DNA of 63,790 bases, filler included, from Octopus bimaculoides (GCF_001194135.2; 8 parts of 8 records of this genome joined end to end with filler, not necessarily neighbours in it); one strand, 5' to 3'; counted from the whole stretch's first letter, positions 25,218 to 37,969 are shown. Notes: generated from the letters alone by a model not told the origin. Numbers and translations are program-made.

Positions 25218-25405
25218 ATGTACGCATGTGTGTATGTCTTTCTGTATGTATGTATGTATGTATGCATGTATGTATGTATGTATGTATGTATATATATATA
25301 TATATNNNNNNNNNNNNNNNNNNNNNNNNNNNNNNNNNNNNNNNNNNNNTTAATTAATTAANNNNNNNNNNNNNNNNNNNNNNNNNNNNNNNNNNNNNNN
25401 NNNNN

Positions 25406-25735
25406 GTGGCATCTTGGACAAGTGTCTTCTACTATAGCCTCGGGCTGACCAAAGCCTTGTGAGTGGATTTGGTAGACGGAAACTGAAAGAAGCCCGTCGT
25501 ATATATGTATATATATATGTGTGTGTGTTTGTGTGTCTGTGTTTGTCTCCCTAGCATTGCTTGACAACTGATGCTGGTGTGTTTATGTCCCCGTCACTTA
25601 GCGGTTCGGCAAAAAGAGACGGATAGCATAAGTACTAGGCTTACAAGGAATAAGTCCCAGGGTCGATTTGCTTGACTAAAGGCGGTGCTCCAGCATGGCC
25701 ACAGTCAAATGACTGAAACAAGTAAAAGAGAGAGT
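25406..25735 (+). mobile_element. SINE family A, 5'-truncated by gap
   Basis: Collinear with 37970-38352, ending in TGACTGAAACAAGTAAAAGA. Confidence 0.85.
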
Positions 25736-25940
25736 AAAAGAGTATATATATACATATGCATATATGGCTACAGGACGTCACCAACGGTAAACAACATGAA
25801 ATATGAAAACAATTCAGTTCAATATGAGTTCAAGATCTACTAATGATGCAGAAAAACAAATGGAAAACAGGACATAAAGACATAAAGAACGACCCTTCAT
25901 CAGTTGCCGGCTGTCTATCTGTTCTTCATAAGTATATATA

Positions 25941-25992
25941 TAACCCATGCTAGCATGGAAAGCGGACGTTAAACGATGATGATGATGATGAT
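25941..25992 (+). mobile_element. RTE 3'-UTR tail with (GAT)n
   Basis: AACCCATGCTAGCATGGAAAGCGGACGTTAAACGATGATG is shared with 32347-32460, 53817-54112 and 54645-54780. Confidence 0.7.
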
Positions 25993-26004
25993 ATATATAT
26001 ACAT

Positions 26005-27850
26005 ACCAGCTCAGTCGCCTCTCTTGCATACTACATTTGATGCTTCTTATGCCTAACTTTTCTCTCAGGGCACTTACACTCTGTTGTGTATGCACACTGA
26101 CATTACACATCCAGCAGAGCATATTAGCTTCATTTCTTTCAAGCCTATGCATGTCCTCAGCATTCATGGCCCATGTTCCACTGCTGTGTAGCAGGGCAGT
26201 TCGCATACATGCATCATATAGTCTACCTTTCACCCTGAGCGAGAGGCCCTTAGTTACCAGCAGAGGTAGGAGCTCCCTGAACTTTGTCCAGGCTATTCTT
26301 ACTCTAGTTGCTACACTCTCAGAGCAACCGCCCCCCACTACAAACTTGGTCGCCTAGGTAGCAGAAGCTATTAACTACTAGTTTCTCCCCCTGGCATGTG
26401 ATGGATTCAGTTTTCTGTACATCTTCAGAGTTTATTACCTCAGTGCATCTGCCACACACAAAAACTATATATATTGCTGCACCTTTTATGTGTCCATAGC
26501 TTACACTGGGTACATCATATGAAGTTTCTACCCATGCCTTTCCTACAGATTGAGTGGGGCCATCTACCTGAAGGGGGTCGTGATTTGACAGCCTTCCTAC
26601 TTACTAAGACTTTGGTTTTTGCTAGGTTAACCCTAATGCCCTTTTACTCTAGACCTTGCTTCCACACCCTGAACTTCGTCTCCAGTTTTGGCAGTGACTC
26701 AGCTATTATCCCACAAGGTCATCAGCATAGAGGAGCTCCCAAGGCAGCCTGTCTTGAATTCCTCTGATATTGCCAGGTGAACTATAATGAATAAGAAGGA
26801 GGGATGAGGACTGATCCTTGGTGAACCCCTACTTCTACTTTGAATTCTTCACTATACTTGTTGCTAATACTCACCTTTCTGACAGCATCCCTGTATAGGG
26901 CTTGTACAGCTCTTACCAGTTACTCATCTATCCCCAGTTTCGACATTGACCACCAAACAAGAGATCAGGGGACCCTTTCTCCAAGTCAACAAAAGCCAAG
27001 TACAATGGTTTATCTTTGGCTAGGTATTTCTCCTGCAGTTACCTTACCTGAAATATAGCATCAGCGGTACTTCCGCCTGGCACAAAACCAAACTGCATCT
27101 CATCTAGGCTAACTCTCTCCCTAATTAGTTGGGCTATGACCCTCTCTGTAACTTTCATCACCTGATCCAATAATTTGATACCCCTGTAGTTACTTCTATT
27201 TAAAGCATTACCTTTCCCCTTGTAGCAGTTGACTATGGTGCTACTACACCAGTCATTGGGTATGACTCCTTCATGAAATACCTGACAAGACCATAACCCA
27301 CACCACCCGATATTTCAAGCATCCCAGCAGTGATTCCTGGTGGTCCAGATGCACTCCCTCTCTTCATATACTTAATTACTTTATCTACCTGGGTACTATC
27401 AATTCAGATAGCTGGTCCCTCAGTTGGGTCAACCTTTGGCAGACTCTCCTCCTCCCATTCATTCTCCACATTCAGCAGTCTTTTATAAAGGCTTCTCCAA
27501 ACCTGTTTCTTTTGCAGAATCATTAAACGCAAGGGCACCATAATCCATGTGGATACATTTCTGTCCTATGACATCACGGTTTTCTCTCACACACTGTCTT
27601 GCAATCTGAAATACTTCTGTTCTTTGGTCATCAGTCACTGAACATTAGCAAACTTCTTCTTTTCTGCTACTCCCTTGGCTATATATACCTGTCTCTTAGC
27701 TTCCCTTTTGGCTATCTGATACATTCTCCTGCTACCCCAACTCTTCCAGTATTGTTCCACCACCATGTTACCCTAGGTCTGGAAGGGACTTTGCACCAGC
27801 CACAGATTTGGTCTGTGACACTCAGCAAGCTGTCTCGCAGGAATTTCCGG
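26005..27850 (-). mobile_element. RTE-clade LINE RT region, degenerate
   Basis: Minus-strand peptides include LAFVDLEK, VGVHQGSVL, LYADDL, FCYLGD and ARVRIAWTKFRELLPLL..KGRLYDAC..ERRL. Confidence 0.9.
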
Positions 27851-29261
27851 CTGTTTATTACAAATAATTAATTGTTTTCTTATCCACAACTTAAAGTATC
27901 TTATATTTTTAAATAATACTACTTCCAAAATATTTGATTACTCTTTTGACAGAAGTAGGGAAAAGCGTTTCAATAACAACCATTCTATTTTTAATAAATC
28001 TTTTTCCATTTTTTAATCAATTTCCTTCGCTGTTTCTACTGTTACTGTTATTATTGATGTTGTTGTTGTGGTTGCATTTCACATGGATGTTAAAGTGTCT
28101 GTGACATTTGGAAGTCTGAGAAATTGTGCAAAGATAAAATCAACTAGTTTGTATCCTGAACACATTTATTGAATACTGTGTATTTCTGGATATAACAGAA
28201 TACATTGTCAGCTGATTTAATCATATGGAAGCAGTTCTACTGTTTTATTTCCCATCTCATTCATGTTCCTTTTATATAAGTTGTATTACTCCTATCTTTT
28301 TATTTTCTCTCTTAAATTGTTTCTTTGTGAATATATAATGTATAAATGTATGTATGCAATGTATTTAAACTAAACATAGACAAAGAAAACCAAAAGTGAA
28401 TAACTGGTATAAATTAAAGAAATATTTAGCTGATGCATTGATGCATTAGCTACCAGGCTATGACCACCAAGATAATGTTTTAATACTGGATGAAGTCATA
28501 ACCATGTAGTTAAAAAGTTCATTTCACACCCATATGCTTCAATTACACTGCACAGCACTTCAGTAAATGCCTTCTACTATAGCTTCAGGTTGACCAATGA
28601 ATTACGAATTGAATTCAGAATTCAGTGGATCTGTACATGTTATATAATGATATGTACCTGTCCCTATGTGTATGTCCATGTTTATTAATATAAACCAGAA
28701 TGCCAAATTGTTTCCTTTTATGTCAAAAACAACTGAGAGACTGATAAAATAGGTAATACAATAAGTACTGAACCAATATGAATAATATGAATCTTTATAC
28801 TCAACTCAAACCCTTGGAGTCAGTGCTTCAAGATAGCCACAGTTTAATGTCTGCAACCAGTGAAAAAAATAAAGTAAGGAGAATAGTCAGTACTTCTTGG
28901 AGAAGTGAAAGATTGTTTGCAACTAATAGTCAATGTATTTCTCTTCACTGTACACTAACTCCAAGTGAGTTGAGATCTTCATTTTATATCCTCAGATCAT
29001 TTAAGGAATATTTATTCAGACCTATTTTATGATTTATATATTCAATAATGAATTGAGGAGAAGCAAATTTATTTGATGGATTAACTCTTAATTTCTTGTA
29101 AGACACAGTTCTGCACAGGGCTGCTTCAGTCACCAGTCCTGAAATGCACGGTATCACAAGAATCATATTAATTTTGTTTACATTGATTTTAAAGGAAGTG
29201 ACCAACTCTCAAATGTAAAGAAGAAAGCTCTAATCCCTTTCTCTATTATTTTTTTCTACTC

Positions 29262-29458
29262 TAGGGCACAAAGCCTAAAATTTTGAGAGAGCGGGCCAGT
29301 CAATTAGATTGACCCCAATTTGCAACTGGTACTTAATTTATCGACCCCGAAAGGCAAAGTCAGCCTTGGCAGAATTTAAACCCAGGACATAAAAACAGAC
29401 AAAATACTGCTAAGCATTTCTCTCGGCGTGCTAACATTTCTGCCAGCTCACTGCCCCC
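29262..29458 (-). mobile_element. SINE family B copy
   Basis: Reverse-complement match to family B. Confidence 0.8.
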
Positions 29459-29689
29459 CTTCCTCTACTATTAATCTTTGTTTTGTAGCAGAATCAGCTC
29501 AGGACTGGGATTTTGACTTAGAAAATTCTTATCAGGATGTTATAAGTTAATATAGGTCAAGGATGATTGCATTGATTTGATTGTCGTCACTATTCATTGC
29601 AGATTGACTCATTATATCTGTATCTATGATAAATTTAAAAGCATGATTTTATTGTATGTTGCATGCAGCTCTTAATTAGACACCACAAA

Positions 29690-30090
29690 GGGAAAAAGGG
29701 ACACTGAAAAGATTTTAGAGACAATTCCAGCAAGAAACATAAAAAAACTGACTGTGGTTTGCAAAGCAGGAAAACTTACATGCTGTGTGATGCATGGAGA
29801 TGCCTTTTGTGCTTTGGGGAACTGCTTTACATGATCTGTGGTGATGGGAAAGGGTCATCAAATATGTAGAGGTAGGTGGTTTGGCTAAGTTTTGTAGGCT
29901 GTGTTACTTGCTTGAACAGTTGCAATGCAACTATAAGTGAATCACCATAAGAGATGTAAAGTATGAACAGAAGGTTTTTCTGCACAGAAGCATAACACAT
30001 GTGAAGGGAATGTAACTTGTCCCTTTGGCTACTTCCCCCTTTGTTTCAGTAATCAAATATGACTTACTTTATGAGGATGTGAAATTAAAG
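29690..30090 (+). mobile_element. Possible piggyBac-like transposase C-terminal Cys-rich relic
   Basis: Broken frames give RKTYMLCDAWRCLLCF and KRCKV*..C..C..PLCF. Motif resemblance only. Confidence 0.3.
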
Positions 30091-30489
30091 AACAAGTTCA
30101 CAATTCTACTAAATTGTAGTAAATCTGGCCTTTAGAATGTTTTTGTTTGTTGATAAAATTCTTGCATGAAAACAGTAGCTCTGACCACCAAATAAAAAGT
30201 TATTTATTCCAAATATACCATGTCAGCAGAAATTTCATCTATTTAAGAACTGACCTTTTAATTGGTATATATTTACTTTTGCTTCAGTTGTAGTGATCTG
30301 GAGATTAATAACGTTTTGGATTATGGTTGAGGGTGGGTTATTGAATAATTAATTTTGGGTAATGTATTGAGAGCAAGTCCACCTGATGGAACCCATTTAT
30401 CTTCTCACTTTACCCATGGTGGCATCCAAAACTCAACTCTACAAAATAACATAAATAAATAAATAAATAGAAATTCATTATTGCTATTG

Positions 30490-30832
30490 CTGTGTGGTTA
30501 AGTACATGAGTACATAGCCTTGGGTTCAGTTCCACTGGGTGACATCTTGAGTAAATGTCTTCAACTATAGCCCTAGACCAACCAATGTCTTGTGAGTGGA
30601 ATTAGTAGCTGAAAACTATATATGTTTATCATGCATGTGTGTGTGTGTGATATGCATTTGTATGTGTCTATTTATGTCTATCTTCATGTTGACATCACTA
30701 ACAACAATGTTTAAGTTCCAAAGCTTAAAGGTGTAATAAATAGAGAAAAATTCCAGATACTTAAAATTAACATCTAAAGCACTTCAGAATTGTTCCTCAG
30801 AATGGCTACTATCAAATGACCGAAACAAGTAA
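30490..30832 (+). mobile_element. SINE family A copy, strongly CpG-decayed
   Basis: It has the family A layout and tail (CAAATGACCGAAACAAGTAAAA), and most consensus CpGs are mutated. Confidence 0.65.
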
Positions 30833-32346
30833 AAATTAATCAAGATAAGAATAAGAATAATTATACACTATATTCGTTACTTTAAGTATTTAGATTTTTC
30901 AAGACATATTACCCCATCAAGATTAGGTTCACAGCAATTGAAGAATTGATTCTAATTAGATATGAATAACCAACTCCCTGCTTTCCTCACTAAGCGCTCA
31001 CTTCACCTCAGGTTATATGATACTATCTACTTTTAAGCATCCTATTTTAAATTAAAACCTTTCATCAAATTTTTCCATATAAGAACCTTTACTTACGAAT
31101 AAATGAATAAGTTAATTACTCAATCTTTTAGATTCTTGATTATTTTCAAAATGAATTCAAATGAATAGACAGTGTATTTCGTTTGATATATGGTCCTGAA
31201 TGTCTAACACTATACATTCTGACAGCAGTCAGAAATACTAATAAGAAACTAGCAGGTGTTATAGATTTTGCTTCATATTTCAAGATAATTCAACACTTTC
31301 TTTTATTATTTATATTTTTATATATACAATCTTCCAATTATTTATTCAATACTTTATCTAATGCAGTCAAGGATAAATAATAAAACTGAGTATTAAATAC
31401 GAAAAATAAATATAGAAATATTGAACAGATGTTAAATAAATATGTAAATGAATAAATAACATGTTTTACTCAAGAGAAAGAGAGAAAATTGGTTGTGAAT
31501 TCATTTCTAGCAATTTGAAATATTCTAAACATCTTTTGATGAAAGATGAAAAAGAAACAAACCAAACAAAAAAAAAGAAAAGAAAAAGCCTTTTCCTAAA
31601 ACACTTTTGCCTCATCTTCAAAAGAATTTTCAAAGATTAATAATAAACAGAAATATTAAAAAATTGTAGGAACATTGAATGTCTATGGTAAAAATCAGTA
31701 AAAGTCAATTTATGAAAAGGAAAGAAAAAAACAGTATTTAATGAAGGTGAAATGATATGCCCTAGGATATAACAATAAAAAATAATAAATTATATGAGAA
31801 AGTATTCACTGCTGTATAATTAGACACTTTATTAGGAAATTAACAAGTAAAGAATGTGCGTACATGTGTGCATGTGTGTGCAATGATGAAAATAAAAAAG
31901 AAATAGAACTTGTCTACCTTTCTTTCTTTACTTTCTTCTTTCCTTCTCACATTTTCTTTGCCAATCTTTTCATTAGTTTTCCTTTGCTTCATAACTGTAG
32001 ATGTAAACTAGTTATGAAATAATCTGCTGGGGGTATTTTGCCTGAAATCTGTTCAACAAAGTAAGAATCACTGGAGATCAGTGGGAATGAAAAGGAACAG
32101 ATTAATTAGATGAGTTTACACCTGAATCATCAGCTCTTTGAAGGAAATTAGATTGGCATATGAAATAAACATTGATAGAATGTCTAAAAAGAAGCAGGTC
32201 AAAACCAAGATGGCATCAACTCTCTTTGAATATTTGATGCCATAATTAATGATATTCTTTGTGGCTTGTTTTATGAGTTTGTACATTTATTTTGTTCTAA
32301 GTATTGTGCTCTTATATCTTATATTTCTTTGTGTTANNNNNNNNNN

Positions 32347-32460
32347 GAGCCTGGTGCAGCCTTCTGGCTTGCCAGCCCTCAGTCAAGCCGTCCAACCCAT
32401 GCCAGCATGGAAAGCGGACGTTAAACGTCAATGATAATGATGATGATGATGATGATGATA
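32347..32460 (+). mobile_element. RTE 3'-UTR tail
   Basis: Same tail sequence as 25941 and 53817, ending in (GAT)n. Confidence 0.75.
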
Positions 32461-32506
32461 TATAGGTATGTAAGTATGTATGTATATGCATGTATATGCA
32501 AGCATA

Positions 32507-32552
<46 letters not shown>

Positions 32553-32806
32553 TGTAGGTGAGTATGTGTAATATGTTATTTACAGAACATATTACAATTA
32601 AGGTGTAATGATGCTAATAGTCAGGTTTATGTGGAGGGATTTAAACCATTTTGTTTCTAGATTACCTAATGATATAACAGACATTTCATGTTAACCCTCT
32701 GTGGTGTAAGATTTGCCATGTGGCTCAAAAGTGTGTCATTCTGAACTTTAGTATGACATTGGATTTAAAGAAAAAATATTCTACGAAAAAGCTTAGTGAT
32801 GATAGG

Positions 32807-32839
<33 letters not shown>

Positions 32840-33574
32840 NNNNNNNNNNNNNNNNNNNNNNNNNNNNNNNNNNNNNNNNNNNNTTAATTAATTAANNNNN
32901 NNNNNNNNNNNNNNNNNNNNNNNNNNNNNNNNNNNNNNNTATATATATCACAAAATGAAGTTGAAAATGAACTGGGATTTCGTCTAGATTTTCTCTTATT
33001 TAAACATTTTTAAAGACTTGACCAGTTTCACAGATTTCTTTGATTTTCAAAAGTTAAGATAGAAAGACGTGAAGCTATGCCACAACTTTTGAAAGCAGTC
33101 AAATATTTCGTTGGCAAGTATGTGAAATGCTTTTAAGATAGTTCATATGGATTAACAAGTATCTCGAGGAGTTTACGAAAAAACGTGGACAGGAAATTAA
33201 TTCTAGAGAGTTTGAACCTCTTAGGAATGTCGAGGAGGATGACTACACCAAATATTATAAGCTAGATCTGGGTGACGGGGCGCAACAGAGACGACTAAAA
33301 CAATGGAGATGATTGTTAGAGTGGAGCTGTAGTGTCACTAAAAAAGACACAGAAAACGAAAGAAACAGCACGTTCCTGATTCTGTAGTCGTAATAGGCTT
33401 CATTTGATGCTTATCCAGTTTTTTTTAATATGATCATAATGTATGTGTATAAAAGAGTATCACGGTCGCAGATATGTGATCAAACTTTAATATGGCTTTC
33501 ATTTGAGCTTTTTTGAGTTAACGCATTTTCTGTTTGATTTTGTTATGGGTTTATAAATCTTATATATGTGAGCT

Positions 33575-34565
33575 AAGGCAGCGAGCTAGCAGAATCGTTA
33601 GTATGCCGGGCAAGATACTTAGCGCTATTTCGTCTATCTTTACGTTCTGAGTTACAAATTTCGTCGAGGTCGACTTTGCCTTTCGTCCTTTCGAGATCAA
33701 TAAAGTACCAGTTGCGTACTAGGGTCGATCTATTCGACTGGCTCCTTCCCCCAAAATTTCGGGCCTTATGCCTAGAGTAGAAAATAAAATGAATCGTTAG
33801 CACGCTGGACGAAATGCTTAGCGGCATTTTGCCCATCGCCACATTACAAAGTTCAAATTCCGCAGAGGTCGATTTTGTCTTACACCTTCTCGGGGTCGTA
33901 AATTAAGTACCAGTGAAACACTGTGGTCGATGTAATCGACAAGTCCCCTCCTCATAAATTCCAGGTCTTGCGCCTTCAGTAGAAAGGCGTGAGCTCGCCG
34001 TGGCAGCTCCTCTGATATAGTGAATCCTTGCATTTTTAGCGATTTTCATTAGTTTAATTGCAGACTGTTGTTGTATAGGGAGGAAATAATATGATAAGCT
34101 TCGAAATACAACACGAGAGTTTCAGCGAACTTTATCCGCTGGAGCAACCTTTTCTGTTTTCTTTTTATTGCTCTTTGTAAAGGCAGTGAGCTGGCTGAAT
34201 CGTTAGCACGGCGGACAAAATGCTTAGCGGTATTTCGTCTGTCTTTATGTTCTGATTTCAAATTCCGCCGGGGTCGACTTTGCCTTTCATCCTTTCGGAG
34301 TCGATAAATTAAGCACCAGTTTCGTACTGGAGTCCAAAAATTTCGGGCCTTGTGCCTAGAATTGAAAAGAATCGTTAGCACTGCGGACAAAACGCTTAGT
34401 GGCATTTCACCAGTCTTTACATGGTGAGTTCAACTTTCGCTGAGATTGACTTTGCCTTTCATCCATTCGGGATCGATAAACCAAGCACCTGTTGAATACT
34501 TTGATTGATATAATCGACAACTCCCTCCTACGAAATTTCAAGCCTGATGCCTATAGGAGAAAGGA
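33575..34565 (+). mobile_element. Cluster of four SINE family B units arranged as two head-to-tail dimers
   Basis: Units lie at about 33575-33790, 33790-33990, 34178-34367 and 34368-34565. The second unit of each pair starts at GAATCGTTAGC. Confidence 0.85.
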
Positions 34566-34692
34566 CTCATGTTATTCTTCGATTTTTTTTAAAATTTATA
34601 TTTTGATTCTAGTAAAACTCTAAAATATCTGTCATAAACATGAATAAATGAATCAATTAACATTTTTGACATTTACATTGTTATAAGATTAT

Positions 34693-35068
34693 TATTACGG
34701 CACTCCGTCGGTTATGACGACAAGAGTTCCAGTTGATCCAATCAACGGAACAGCTCGTTCGTGAAATTAACGAGTAAGTGGCTGAGAACTCCTCAGACAC
34801 GTGTGCCCTTAACGTAGTTCTCGGAGAGATTCAGAGTGTGACAAGGCTGGCCCTTTGGAATACAGGTACAACAGAAACAGGAAAAAAGTGTGAAAGAAAG
34901 TTGTGGTGAAAGAGTACAGTAGGGTTCGCCATCACCCCTTGCCGGAGCCTTGTGGAGCTTTAAGTATTTTCGCTCAATAAACACTCACAACGCCTGGTCT
35001 GGGTATCGAAACCGCGATCCTACGACCGCAAGTTTGCCGCCCTAACCACTGGACCATTGCGCCTCCAC
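34693..35068 (-). mobile_element. SINE family C, full length with 11-bp TSD
   Basis: TATAAGATTAT is at 34682-34692 and 35069-35079. The sequence is the reverse complement of the 7242-7627 element. Confidence 0.9.
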
Positions 35069-35216
35069 TATAAGATTATAAATGTACTCAAAGACAGGTT
35101 TGCTTTTATTGCGTAAACAAATTTATGTAATTATATACGCACAAGGAATTATATAATTTTCATCATTAAATACAAAACGTACGAAATGGTCTGTTGTCTA
35201 ATCAGTTTATTGTTTA

Positions 35217-36125
35217 CTAGGTAACGTACCCGGTAATTCCCGGGAAAGCGGGGCTTATCCCTTGGTTCTATTCTCATAATTGTTTGGCTAATCCAGCAAC
35301 AACAATACAAAGTATGTAGCCCTTAAAACGGTTTTTGTGCATTTACAGAGAATACCGAACTGTCTTACACAGGATCTCGTTTTTAGGAATTCCCAGTAAG
35401 TTATGGAAACCCAAATTGTGAAGTCAGTTATGTAATAACATGAAATTTGTTACCCGATAGTAAGAATTCAAATAAAGTGGCTTCGAAAGGGGCTTTAATG
35501 CGTTCCCAGAGTATATAGAACTTAGGAGGGAATACTAATACTAAAATCGTAAAGCATGTTATGTAATAACAGGCTAATCAGATATAAGATAATAACAATT
35601 CAAAGTAAATAACTCTGAAATAGGATTTTGTGCGTTTCCAGAGAATATTACCCTCAGCGGCACTAGTGTTGATATATTCGTGAATAAGTCACTAACCGAA
35701 ATAAGTGGATCTATTGTTTAAGAAATTGCTATTGTTTCAGGGTTGTGCTAGATAAATTGCGAAAATAACTCTAGCAGTTCAAATACTAAGAAATAAGCAT
35801 ACTCAATTTGATTTATACTAAATAATTTAGGAAAATGAATTGGTTATTTCCCTTGGCTATATATAAGGATCCCTTCCAGCGGTGAAAGGTTTATTTCCCT
35901 CGGCTGTTAAAAGAAATTATATTAGATATATATAAGGATCTCTTCTAGAGGCCCTATTATCGATTTTTTTCAACAATCTGAGTATGCCATGAGGTTTCCA
36001 GACATGAGTTCTACTCACGTGTCAAGTTTCATCAAAATCGATTAAACGATGTAGGAGGAGTTAGCTAACAACTCCACAAACACACCCACAGATAGAATTT
36101 CCTACTATGCAGTATATATGGGATG
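35217..36125 (+). mobile_element. Possible non-autonomous Helitron/DINE-1-like element
   Basis: It begins ACTAGGTAACGTACCCGG with a subterminal CCCGG..CCGGG hairpin and ends AAGTTTCATCAAAATCGATTAAACG..GGAGGAGTT..ACAAACAC..TATATAT. Resemblance to recalled DINE-1/Lep1-type ends only. Confidence 0.45.
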
Positions 36126-36507
36126 CAACAGTTTTCAAGCAAAATCGACAGTTTATGAGCAAAATTTCTAGGCTGATGATATATGTTTTATTCTACTCTT
36201 GCTAAGTATCATACATAACGATGCGAAAAACTGGATCACAACATTGCATCATCCTGAAAATAGACTTAAGAGACGTAGAATTTACTACTATGATGAAAAT
36301 ATGCTAGTGATACTATATTGATTGGTATTTGCGTTGTATTACATAATTTAAATTAAAAAATAAACCAGTATTTTATTGATTGTTTTGTGGTACTTTGGTG
36401 CTAAATGTAGTCGTTTCTTTTCTTATACTTTTCACTGAATACACTCTAGATCATTTCCATCCCTTTTCTGATTAAAATCTTTCTTTAAACGTGGTTTTCA
36501 TGATCTC

Positions 36508-36508
<1 letters not shown>

Positions 36509-36589
<81 letters not shown>
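36509..36589. repeat. (CA)n microsatellite, about 40 units
   Basis: Read directly. Confidence 0.95.
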
Positions 36590-36592
<3 letters not shown>

Positions 36593-37367
36593 GTATAAAA
36601 TGGCTAAATTAGGTGAATAAGAATCTACATCAAGAAAGATGTCGATATAAAGGGGGAACTTGAACAGTTGAGTCATGTGTTTTCATAGAGAAATAATAAG
36701 ACGTTTTATGTATTCTTTTTCTCGAAATCATCATATTTTGGTAAGAGGAATACTGTAGAACATCACTTTGGGTTCTATTCAAGATTTCCCCCATTCTATC
36801 AGACATAGACAATTGTGTTATGTGAGCCAACGAAAAGGTTTTCCTGCAAATGTAGATAGCAAAAGACATCTGCGTTGTCCTGCAACACCTAAGCGTTTTA
36901 AACGATTGTAACCAATTTGTCTATCAAAATACTGGTCTACCAATAATATAATGATCATAATCATAGTTTAATTCTCTAAACAATGGATAATCGAAAACTC
37001 TCATACAAATATTTAATGCAATGATTTCTAATGTGAGCATAAATTCACAAATTGTGTAGAAAGATTCGGAGCAATTGTGATCAAAATTATTCCAATTATG
37101 ATCATTCTATCTTTTAAGGGATATCTAAGATTAGATTATTCAGTGTCTATCATTTTTTATGACGACAGGCTGCGAAATTTGGGTGTTATTTCTAGCTGGG
37201 CGGGTTCGCGTTTGGAGGCTTCCTCATTGGTTTAGAACTGATATATTTGCAGTGGATTTCGGTATAAGAAAACTATTGTATAAGCCTTTTAAATAACAAA
37301 CAAAATGGTTCTGCCGCTTGCGTGTGTCTTCTCGAACAAATATTAAAACGGTTTATCCTTTATCTTT

Positions 37368-37720
37368 TGTCTTTTACTTGTTTCAGTCATTAGACTGCGA
37401 CCATGCTGGAGCACCGTCTTGAAGAATTCTTAGTCCAATAAATTGACCCCGATACTTTTTTTTAAGCCTGGTACTTAATCAATTGGTCTCTTTTGCTGAC
37501 CGCTAAGTTACGGGGACGTAAATACACTAGCACCAGTTGTCAAGTGGTGGTGAGGTACAAACACAGATTCAAAGATATACATACACGTATATATATAGGC
37601 TTTGGTTGGCTCGAGGTTATAGTAGAAAATACTAGTACAAGGTGCCAGGCAGTCGCAGTGAGACTGAACCAAGAATCGTGTGTTTGGGCTGCAAGCGTCT
37701 TACCACACAGCCACGTTCCA
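37368..37720 (-). mobile_element. SINE family A, degraded
   Basis: Reverse-complement tail TTTTACTTGTTTCAGTCATT and matching body. Confidence 0.7.
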
Positions 37721-37969
37721 TATTATCCTTTAAAATGCTGATAATGAATTGACTCTCAATCCTTTCTTATGGAGGTATAATGCGTTAAATTCCGAAAGTT
37801 TTACACATTTTTACAATTCCAGTGATGGATTGGATCTGTAGTTTTCGAATTAGCTTTCTCCTTTCTNNNNNNNNNNNNNNNNNNNNNNNNNNNNNNNNNN
37901 NNNNNNNNNNTTAATTAATTAANNNNNNNNNNNNNNNNNNNNNNNNNNNNNNNNNNNNNNNNNNNNGAG

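Noticed and set aside
33575-34565. Regularly spaced repeats resembling an array
   Set aside because: The units are about 200-bp SINEs without unique spacers, in eukaryotic context. This is not CRISPR.
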